64,000 bases of DNA from Candidatus Sigynarchaeum calidifontis (GTDB lineage: Archaea; Asgardarchaeota; Lokiarchaeia; Sigyniarchaeales; Sigyniarchaeaceae): NCBI GenBank assembly GCA_030587475.2, contig JAUQYZ020000102.1, forward strand, positions 1 through 64,000, in the 5' to 3' direction. Positions 56,337 to 64,000 of the stretch are shown here, one piece after another (the stretch's first letter is position 1; the number at the start of each line of letters is the position of its first letter). The translations under genes and the position numbers were made by a program. A model generated the notes under the pieces. That model had not been told where the DNA came from. It did no database searches and saw only the letters and a list, made by a program, of their open reading frames with translations.

Positions 56337-59300
56337 ATGCATCGACGAGCGGTACTGGCGCTTCTCGGGATTGGGCTGTGTTTCGGGATTGGATTTGCCG
56401 GCGTGACCTTCGACCAAGATGCTTCACGAGAGCGAATGCTTGATGGTGGATACACGGCTGCGGCCCAAGGTTCTTGCGACGATGCCGCCCCGGGCAACTT
56501 GATAGCCATCATTGTCGACGCGGGGGTTGCCGCCGACAAGGGCCTCAACGCGTCGATATCGAGCTTCAAAGCGGAGTGGGAATACCAGTTCAAGAAGGCA
56601 CTCCCCTTCCGGACGATCGATGCCTCCTCGCCGCTTGGCGGCTTTCCCAACGCCACCGCGGCCGCCGCGGTGCTGAACGGTTCGCTGCTCTGGTGGAACG
56701 CGAGCTTGATCCTCGCCGAGGTGGCGGATGTGCCGGTGCCAAGCGTCAACCGGTCGGCCGGCAGCCAGGACACGCTGCTCGCCCCGTGGAAAAACGCTTC
56801 CATCGGGACGGGCTGGGTCATGGACGCGGGCTGCTTCGACACGATGCAGCGCTTCACGGCCTACTTGGCCATTGTTATGAACCGCCACGAGAACTGGACG
56901 GGCACCGGGATCCACAAGATGCGGTTCCAGATGCAGTTGGATGCCATGGGTTGGATGACGCCCATTCCATCAGCCGAGGCCGCGCTCAAGGCCTTCGTGT
57001 CCCGGCAGATCAACTGCATCGAGCTGCCCAGTTCCCCGTTGAACGAGATCGCCAATATTTCGCTGCCCGGGTTCAACAACGGCTGGATGGCCAGCGACAT
57101 CTCCCAGCGGGCGACTTTTCTCGCGTGGTTGGGCAATCTCTTTCAACTCGCATCGTCGTATCACGTGCGCGTGTTCCTTGCGACCGACGAGATGGTCATG
57201 ACGCGACCCATGTACGACTGGTTGAACGCTCGGCTCGGCTACAGCGGCGCCGAGTACGGTGCCGAGGAGACGAAGCAATTTCCCGATAGCATCTATGCTC
57301 AAGCGACGGCACCCGGCTCGCCGACGTGGACGCTGCTCGAGGCGAAGTACAACGCGACGGTCGAGGCGATCCAGTCGATCTTGAATGCAACGAACGCTGC
57401 AGGCTTCGGCGGCTTCAAGTTCCGCATCGATGACATCTCGCTCAAGAACTGGCAAGGTGCCGAGGTGTACAAGAAGGTCTCGTTCATGCACACGGTCGCC
57501 ACGCTGGGCCGGTTCATCAACATCACGACGGCCGCGGCTGCAAGGGTCGGCGCGGAGGTCATCCAGCGCATGTGGATGCTCGGCGAGGAGGAGAACCCCT
57601 TCAACAACGCCACGCTATGCAAGCAGATGCTCGACCCTATCCAGGCCACGAATCTCATCCTCCGGACCAAAGAAACGTACAATGACCACTGGCTGAACAT
57701 GCCCGCGAACCCCACCATCGGCGTGAGCCACCACCGCTGGATCATCGGCTGGGCCGTGCAGTACATCACGCCATATTACCGCAGCTTCTTGCACGACTGG
57801 TACGCGGAGAACGGCACGAGATATGACTACGGCAACGGCACGGCGGTCGGCTGGTGGGAGAACCCGAACATCGTGGGCTATGATGGCATGTTATTGACGT
57901 CGGCCGCCTGGCGCACGCTCGCGACGCACCTCGCCACGCAAGAGGCCACGATCTTCTATCTCGTCCAGCACACGTATAATTCCTCGATACGCGCCGCTGA
58001 TGGCGTGCGGGCATACCTCCGGAAGGTCGGCATCGTCGATCCCGCCGTCGTGCAGAACATCTCCCGCGTGTTCGAGCTGTCCACGGAGGCGTTCCGGCAA
58101 CTTTTTTTCATGAAAGCGTGGAGCGCGTCTGGGAAGTTCCGTGGCGACGTGGTCAACGGCGGTAGCGATCTCAAGTACGACCCGGTGCGGTTCAACATGT
58201 TTTACCGGACCTTACCGGGCTATGGTGGCATGCCGGGCGTCGACTACACGCTGCAAGAAGGTTACAACGGCAGTGCCATCGCGCGCCAGATGGCGGATCT
58301 TTGCCCGTCTTCATACCCTGGCTTCGGGACACTCGATAATTCCCCAGCTTACGTTTTTCCGGCTTGGTCAGTCGATACTTCCAACCTTACCAGCGTCCTG
58401 GGCTATTTCCGGGAGCACATGCGCGCCTACGCGGCGTTCGCTGACCTCTTCGCGGAGTGGCGGGCATGGCACGTTGCTTACTATCACTGGATCTACACGT
58501 GGGACGTGCGCTGTTTCGAGATTGCCGAGCACGCGCGAGAGGCCATCATTGCCAAGCATGCTGCCTACCAGCAAAAATATACGCCAAAAGGGTGGGGTTT
58601 CATCTACGGCGCCGCGGATCTCGAGGGCGCGTGGATGTCCCTCGTCGGGAGAACCAACGAAGCCCGGCTGGATTTGCTCGGCGTGTTGGTCTTGATCGCA
58701 TGCTTGGGCATTGCCGGATTCTTTTCGTTCAAGCGAAAGGAAGTCCCCCTCAAGGAGATAGCCAGGGCAATGCTCGGCATGTCCAGATGGAAGATGGTAG
58801 AGAACCGGCAAGTTCTCTTCGTCGAGCCCGAGGTGAACCCCCTCGCCTGGATCACGGGCGGCATCGTAGTTCCTGCAGGCGTGGCGATCAGCTGGGCGCT
58901 CGTGTTCCAGGCCTTGTTCGCGTGGCAAGAACCCAGCCTCGCAATGCCGTTCGCTGTAATTCTCGGCGGATACATCACGGGCACGAGGCTCGGCTTGGTC
59001 TTCTCGCAAGTCGCCGGGAAGAAGGATTGGCGATCGATCCACGCCACGGGGCTCGCCTTGGCCTGGCAATACATTTTACTTGTCGTTTTCGCCATCACTT
59101 TCACGATCGGCGGCTCGATTAACGTCATCCTCGGCACGAGCAGCACGGGCTTTTACACGCTCATCGTGATGCTCCTCGCTTGCTCGGCCCTGGGCATCTG
59201 GTCGTTCATGCGGAACCTCGTCTACACGGGCAAGCTGCACGCGCTCGCGACCTTCTGGATCATCATCGGGTGCGTGGTGGCGTGCATTTTCGTGGCGGGC

Positions 59301-59369
59301 TTGCTCGCCGGGGGCATCGAGAACGTGATCGACGCGTTCTTGTACCGGCTCGAGCACTTGAATGGCTAA
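56337..59369 (+). CDS. Large secreted protein, putative glycoside hydrolase-like barrel, with multi-TM C-terminus
   Basis: Signal peptide; many sequons; FKFRIDD, VIQRMW and RTKETYNDHWLNMPANPTIG reminiscent of GH67-like barrels; about 6 C-terminal TM helices. Confidence 0.6.
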   Translation: MHRRAVLALLGIGLCFGIGFAGVTFDQDASRERMLDGGYTAAAQGSCDDAAPGNLIAIIVDAGVAADKGLNASISSFKAEWEYQFKKALPFRTIDASSPLGGFPNATAAAAVLNGSLLWWNASLILAEVADVPVPSVNRSAGSQDTLLAPWKNASIGTGWVMDAGCFDTMQRFTAYLAIVMNRHENWTGTGIHKMRFQMQLDAMGWMTPIPSAEAALKAFVSRQINCIELPSSPLNEIANISLPGFNNGWMASDISQRATFLAWLGNLFQLASSYHVRVFLATDEMVMTRPMYDWLNARLGYSGAEYGAEETKQFPDSIYAQATAPGSPTWTLLEAKYNATVEAIQSILNATNAAGFGGFKFRIDDISLKNWQGAEVYKKVSFMHTVATLGRFINITTAAAARVGAEVIQRMWMLGEEENPFNNATLCKQMLDPIQATNLILRTKETYNDHWLNMPANPTIGVSHHRWIIGWAVQYITPYYRSFLHDWYAENGTRYDYGNGTAVGWWENPNIVGYDGMLLTSAAWRTLATHLATQEATIFYLVQHTYNSSIRAADGVRAYLRKVGIVDPAVVQNISRVFELSTEAFRQLFFMKAWSASGKFRGDVVNGGSDLKYDPVRFNMFYRTLPGYGGMPGVDYTLQEGYNGSAIARQMADLCPSSYPGFGTLDNSPAYVFPAWSVDTSNLTSVLGYFREHMRAYAAFADLFAEWRAWHVAYYHWIYTWDVRCFEIAEHAREAIIAKHAAYQQKYTPKGWGFIYGAADLEGAWMSLVGRTNEARLDLLGVLVLIACLGIAGFFSFKRKEVPLKEIARAMLGMSRWKMVENRQVLFVEPEVNPLAWITGGIVVPAGVAISWALVFQALFAWQEPSLAMPFAVILGGYITGTRLGLVFSQVAGKKDWRSIHATGLALAWQYILLVVFAITFTIGGSINVILGTSSTGFYTLIVMLLACSALGIWSFMRNLVYTGKLHALATFWIIIGCVVACIFVAGLLAGGIENVIDAFLYRLEHLNG

Positions 59370-59409
59370 TTCGCCGTGTTTTTATGCATTGAATGCCCAC
59401 GGTCTAACC

Positions 59410-60186
59410 ATGATAGGCGCCATCGCGGGCGACATCGCCGGTTCGACGTGGGAATACACGCCTGTGAAGTCGATCGACGGATTCGCCCTCTTCAGCCCGC
59501 GCTCGTTCTTCACGGACGACACGGTCTTGACCGTGGCGCTCGCGGACAGCATCCTGACGGGCGAGCCGTACGTGAACAAGATGAAAGAATATTTCCGGCG
59601 ATATCCGGATGCAGGATATGGTGGAACGTTCGCGCACTGGGCGGCAAGCAAGGACGATGCCCCGTACAACAGCTGGGGGAACGGGTCGGCGATGCGCGTG
59701 AGCCCGGTTGGTTTCGCCTACGACACCCTCGAGGAGGTACTCGATCAAGCCAAGCAAAGCGCTGCCGTCACGCACAACCATCCCGAGGGGATCAAGGGCG
59801 CGCAGGCCACGGCGGCTTGCATCTTCCTGGCGAGGCGTGGCAAATCCAAGAAACAGATCCAGGAATACGTTGAAACCACGTTCGGCTATGACCTCCACCG
59901 GTCGCTCGACGTGATACGACCGACGTACAGGTACGACATTTCATGCCAGGGTTCCGTGCCGGAGTCGATCACGTGCGTGCTGGAATCCAACGACTTCGAG
60001 CACGCCATCCGCCTCGCCATCTCGCTGGGTGGAGACGCAGACACCATGGCTTGCATCGCCGGCGGCATCGCGCAAGCTGTTTATGGCGGCGTGCCAGAGA
60101 AGATCAAGGAAGAAGCGCTGCGCCGCCTCGATGATCCGCTGAGGAACGTCGTGGAACGGTTCTCGCAAAAATTCAAGTGTGCTTGA
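59410..60186 (+). CDS. ADP-ribosylglycohydrolase family protein
   Basis: GAIAGDIAGS, FTDDT, SWGNGSAMRVSP, THNHPEG and GGDADT motifs. Confidence 0.94.
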   Translation: MIGAIAGDIAGSTWEYTPVKSIDGFALFSPRSFFTDDTVLTVALADSILTGEPYVNKMKEYFRRYPDAGYGGTFAHWAASKDDAPYNSWGNGSAMRVSPVGFAYDTLEEVLDQAKQSAAVTHNHPEGIKGAQATAACIFLARRGKSKKQIQEYVETTFGYDLHRSLDVIRPTYRYDISCQGSVPESITCVLESNDFEHAIRLAISLGGDADTMACIAGGIAQAVYGGVPEKIKEEALRRLDDPLRNVVERFSQKFKCA

Positions 60187-60297
60187 AGCCGGCGATCCAT
60201 GTACGATACGTTCCGACCGTGCTCGAGCAGATTCAAACGCAGAAGCTTCATAACATTTCATTAGGTTTAGTCATTCAAATCGTCGTGCGTGGAACCC

Positions 60298-61563
60298 ATG
60301 TCTGAAAAAGACCTATACAGCGAAGTTAAAAAGAGAAAGATGGAGGCCCTCGGCAAGGCGAGCATTGTAAAAGCCGTGGAGCAAAAAGGGAAGGTCTTGA
60401 GTATCAAGGGGCAGTATGACCAGCCGGACAAGGTCATGAACCATTGCTACGCGGCCGTGAAGGACACGATCAACCCGAACCAGTTCAACAAGGTAAATTT
60501 ATCGAACTACGATCTTGTCGTCATTGGTTGCCCCGGAAACGAGATTCCCTCGGATTTACATCTCCGGTTCAGGGATTACGTGCTCAATGGCGGCTGGATC
60601 CTGAGCACGGATTGGGTGCTGCGCACGATCATCGAACCCATTTTTCCTGGTTACATAAGCTGGAATGGTGAAAAAACTGCGGACACGGTTGTCGACTGCC
60701 AGATAGTGGAACCCAACCACCCGTTCATGCACGGGGTCATCGAGGGCCTGAAGGGCTTCAAGGGCGGCGACGACTCGAAGCTGGGACCGAAATCCTTGAA
60801 GGCATCGCAAGGCCCGGGGCTGCAGCCCACTTTCAAATGGTGGCTGGAGGATAAATCCTTCCCGATCTCCGTCCTCAATCCTCAAGAGGTCAGGGTACTG
60901 GTACGGTCCTACGAGATCGGCAAGAAGTGGCGCGCCGACCCGGTCTTCGTCTACTTCAACTATGGCAAGGGTGTCGTCGCGCATTTCATCAGCCACACGC
61001 ATCTCCAAAAGGGTGCGAGCAAGGGCAAGTTCGCGAGCGCCATCATCGTCACTAACTTGCTCGACGAGTGCATCAAGCACAAGTACGGCATCGAGGCGGG
61101 CCGTCAGCGCAGCGGATACCAAGACATAAGTGCCCCGGCTGGCGGCATCAGCAGCAGCCCGTCGTGGGAGCAATCTTTCGTCCCTGTCGGCGGATCCGCG
61201 GCATTTACACCCCCGCCGACCGAGGGCGCGTACGACCCGTACGGGAGCCCGAAAGCATCGAAGGGCGCGCCCGCCACGGGCTATAGTCCCTATGCCTTGC
61301 CGACCGAGGGGCCGGCATCCTACGCGCCCGACCCTGCACAAGGCATCGTGCCGGACTTCGGCGGCATCGCGCAAGCCGTGGAGATCCAGATGGTCGACGA
61401 CTCGACGAAGATGTGCGCCGTGTGCGGCCAAGACTTCTCGTCATCGTCGGGTAAAATATACGAGTGCAACGCTTGCAAGGCAGTCTACCACGAGGACTGC
61501 GTGCAGCAACAAATCAATTCCGAGGGCACGTGCAAGTCGTGCTTCAAGGTACTTCTTTTCTGA
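60298..61563 (+). CDS. GATase-like domain + Pro/Ser/Tyr-rich linker + C-terminal C4HC3 (RING-variant/PHD-like) zinc finger
   Basis: YDLVVIGCPG and YVLNGGWILSTDW; C-x2-C-x13-C-x2-C-x4-H-x2-C-x10-C-x2-C at the C-terminus. Confidence 0.72.
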   Translation: MSEKDLYSEVKKRKMEALGKASIVKAVEQKGKVLSIKGQYDQPDKVMNHCYAAVKDTINPNQFNKVNLSNYDLVVIGCPGNEIPSDLHLRFRDYVLNGGWILSTDWVLRTIIEPIFPGYISWNGEKTADTVVDCQIVEPNHPFMHGVIEGLKGFKGGDDSKLGPKSLKASQGPGLQPTFKWWLEDKSFPISVLNPQEVRVLVRSYEIGKKWRADPVFVYFNYGKGVVAHFISHTHLQKGASKGKFASAIIVTNLLDECIKHKYGIEAGRQRSGYQDISAPAGGISSSPSWEQSFVPVGGSAAFTPPPTEGAYDPYGSPKASKGAPATGYSPYALPTEGPASYAPDPAQGIVPDFGGIAQAVEIQMVDDSTKMCAVCGQDFSSSSGKIYECNACKAVYHEDCVQQQINSEGTCKSCFKVLLF

Positions 61564-61604
61564 CCCCTTCCATTATTCTTTCCGCGGTTTTCCAGATGTC
61601 ATGA

Positions 61605-62759
61605 TCAATCTTGTTCCACGCCGGCAAACAAGCTTCCCGCCTCGCACTCCTGGCAACCAACGATGACCGTGCGACCGCCGGGGAGGCGATACGCGGCGAT
61701 GTGGTTGACCATGTGCGGCACCTTGAGCCGCTGCGCGATGGCACCAGATGCGATCTCCATGACGATGACATCACCGCTTGTCGTGCCGAGGAGCAAGTAC
61801 CGTTCAGTCCCGGTGCCGATCGTTGACCACGCGCTCACGTTCACGCCGTCCTCGGGCTTGGTGCTCCAGAGTAGTTTTCCGGTCCCGAGCTCGTGGCAAG
61901 TTACCACGCCGGGATTGCCCATCTTCTGGCCAGATTCGTCGACGGCAAGAGGTAGCTGGTATGAAGTGGAAATGACCTTGCCAGAATCCTGCAGCAACTT
62001 GCATTTCCACGCGAACGAGTTGTGCTCGTGCCGCCACAAAATGGACCCGTCCTTGATTGCCAGTACCTTCAAGAACCCGTCATCTGCCACGGCCGCGACT
62101 TGGCCGCCCGGAGATGCGGACACGTCGCGCACGTACGACTCGAATTTGTGGAACCAGGCCATCTTGTACGCACCAAGCTTTTCGCTTTTCTTGCGCTTGT
62201 AACACCGGAGCGTGCAATCGTTTCCCCCCGCGAAAATGACATGTGTTTCCCCGTCATCGAGCAAGCAATGGTCGACCACGTTCACGCCGGACTGGAAAGT
62301 ATCCCCCCAAACGAGCCGCCCGTCCGACGCCGTGAGAAGGCGCAGCGTCTTGTCAAGGCTCGGGATGACGAGCACGCGCTCGCCCGTGAACGGATCCGCG
62401 TAGAGCTTGAATTCCGAAACCGTTGCCGAGAAGTCATGTGACCAGCAAGGGTTGCCATCCACCGTGTACGCGTGGAAGTGCCCGTCCTCCCGCGCGGTGA
62501 AGAACGCAGGTCCCGATGCGGCGACGGCGGGGGCATCTGCGACCACGTGCCACGACCGTGATCTTGCCTCCCGGTGCCATTCATCACTTGCCGTGAGCCT
62601 TGAACCTTTGACCCGCATCACGATGCTGACCAGCGCCATCGTGCTCGTGGTGCAAGCGACGTGGAACTCGCCCGGCTCATCGCTCGACAAGGAATAGCAA
62701 TCGAAGGCGTCCACCATTCCTTTCGGGCCAGCGACTTCCATCAAGGTAACCGGTCTCAT
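61605..62759 (-). CDS. WD40/PQQ-like beta-propeller protein
   Basis: Repeated blades: DG.F.AY..DG...W, DKTLRLL...G..VW, DCTLRCY...W, DGFLKVL...G.ILW. Confidence 0.78.
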   Translation of the reverse strand: MRPVTLMEVAGPKGMVDAFDCYSLSSDEPGEFHVACTTSTMALVSIVMRVKGSRLTASDEWHREARSRSWHVVADAPAVAASGPAFFTAREDGHFHAYTVDGNPCWSHDFSATVSEFKLYADPFTGERVLVIPSLDKTLRLLTASDGRLVWGDTFQSGVNVVDHCLLDDGETHVIFAGGNDCTLRCYKRKKSEKLGAYKMAWFHKFESYVRDVSASPGGQVAAVADDGFLKVLAIKDGSILWRHEHNSFAWKCKLLQDSGKVISTSYQLPLAVDESGQKMGNPGVVTCHELGTGKLLWSTKPEDGVNVSAWSTIGTGTERYLLLGTTSGDVIVMEIASGAIAQRLKVPHMVNHIAAYRLPGGRTVIVGCQECEAGSLFAGVEQD

Positions 62760-63595
62760 TGGCGTGCCTCGCGAGGTTCGGTTCTATCCGGGTCGATCGT
62801 AGCAGCGATCATTTCCGTGATCACTTCGAGCTGTATTTTAATCATGAGTAGCAATGACATGGAAAAGGCATCCTTGGACAAGATAGCCTTGTCGAGGTGA
62901 ACATGCAGTGTGTGGCCCATGCATGCCGCGTCGCGTGCCACGCAGCCGCGCAACCCGTTCAAGATTGCCCAGGAGAAAACGGGCGCCTTGAATGGCCCGC
63001 CGTGGATCAGGGCTGTCCGAAGTGCCGGTGATGCAGCAGCGCGATTGACTTGCCCGGCGAGTTCCGCAAGCCTCCGAGGCACGATGTCCCTTGTTTCCAC
63101 TGCGAGGCAAAACGAGGGCGAGCGAATCTTCGCCGGATCCCGGTCGACAATGGGATCGTCGACGACAAGAGCCGCCTTGATCCGTTCGACGATAGAGGGA
63201 TCCTTGATGACGTGCAGCATCATCTCCATGGATGTCTCGACGAACAAGAGTAAAAGCTTGAAATCGACCACCTTTACAACCACCGGCGAGAAGAACCACT
63301 TGATATCCTTGCCGAATTCTGGATCATCGAGCAGTACCATCACGACGTCCAATCCTTGAACGATATCCCACGATATTGCTGCCACTGCACTGCCCAGGAT
63401 GGCCCTCCACTCATCCGTGACGTCGCGCTGGGCGACGAAGATCACCGACCCGGACTCCATAAGGGCTCGGATTTCATCGAAGGCGGGGAGATATTTGCCG
63501 AGCAAACGACGCTCCGCGTGGTGGGACTTGTCAAGGGAGGAAAAGGTGGAATATTTGGAAAGATCCATCACGTGATCACGTATTTCAAGCTTCAT
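62756..63595 (-). CDS. Hypothetical protein
   Basis: Long ORF with ATGA overlap onto the propeller gene and an 11-nt overlap with the upstream membrane gene. Confidence 0.7.
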   Translation of the reverse strand: MKLEIRDHVMDLSKYSTFSSLDKSHHAERRLLGKYLPAFDEIRALMESGSVIFVAQRDVTDEWRAILGSAVAAISWDIVQGLDVVMVLLDDPEFGKDIKWFFSPVVVKVVDFKLLLLFVETSMEMMLHVIKDPSIVERIKAALVVDDPIVDRDPAKIRSPSFCLAVETRDIVPRRLAELAGQVNRAAASPALRTALIHGGPFKAPVFSWAILNGLRGCVARDAACMGHTLHVHLDKAILSKDAFSMSLLLMIKIQLEVITEMIAATIDPDRTEPREARQ

Positions 63596-63986
63596 GCTTC
63601 CGGGCCAAGATACGGTTGAAATACCGCATCGATAGGATGTACCACGCGCCAAGGCCCAACATAGCCAGCACGCCGGCGACGAGCCAGTTGAAAAAACCTA
63701 ATCCGATAACGAACTGGTCGATGAATGCGAGGAGGCCCATGAATGCTGCGTATACGATACCAAATATAGCGTTTAAACCTCGGATTGCGGGGAAGTATAT
63801 CGATACAACAACGAAAATGCCCACTGCAATGGCGAGGCAAGTTATCAGAACGGGGTTGAACCAGTCATTACTGATGGTTGCAGCGATGAGGGCGGACGAA
63901 AGCACGGACAAGGCAGCGGGCGTGATGTTCAAGACGATAATGTTCTTGACGAGGTCAGGCTCTGACAGCGGTTTTCGCGCCGTCAC
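63585..63986 (-). CDS. Small four-TM membrane protein
   Basis: Four hydrophobic helices; start uncertain near the window edge. Confidence 0.65.
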   Translation of the reverse strand: MTARKPLSEPDLVKNIIVLNITPAALSVLSSALIAATISNDWFNPVLITCLAIAVGIFVVVSIYFPAIRGLNAIFGIVYAAFMGLLAFIDQFVIGLGFFNWLVAGVLAMLGLGAWYILSMRYFNRILARKHEA

Positions 63987-64000
63987 GATTCGAGGTATCG

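Noticed and set aside
1-64000. rRNA, CRISPR array, SRP or RNase P RNA, prophage
   Set aside because: No recognisable conserved sequence, repeat-spacer pattern or viral hallmark gene seen.

Overview
Chromosomal segment of a GC-rich archaeon, most likely an Asgard (Lokiarchaeia-like) lineage. This is inferred from an OSTC/OST3-like gene, an archaeal class I CCA enzyme, archaeal TyrRS, an EF-2 with an altered diphthamide loop and an intron-containing tRNA. About 50 genes are supportable. The main candidate for a novel system is a three-gene minus-strand operon at 33674-35963: hgcC-like AbrB regulator, then a class I SAM methyltransferase fused in one ORF to an HgcA-type corrinoid/membrane protein, then an HgcB-type ferredoxin, with a palindromic operator over its TATA box. 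Other highlights: an intron-containing tRNA-Ile with the rare UAU anticodon; an ABC importer whose two ATPases carry complementary motif losses; a GT2-GtrA-GT87 triple fusion; two paralogous flippase-like proteins with large extracellular domains; a CooS with Cys-to-Glu and His-to-Tyr substitutions; a pseudo-GTPase/alpha-solenoid protein; a decaying island around a VapBC module with three in-frame TAG codons; and a 330-bp MITE-like element. All family assignments come from motif recognition by eye; no database search was run.
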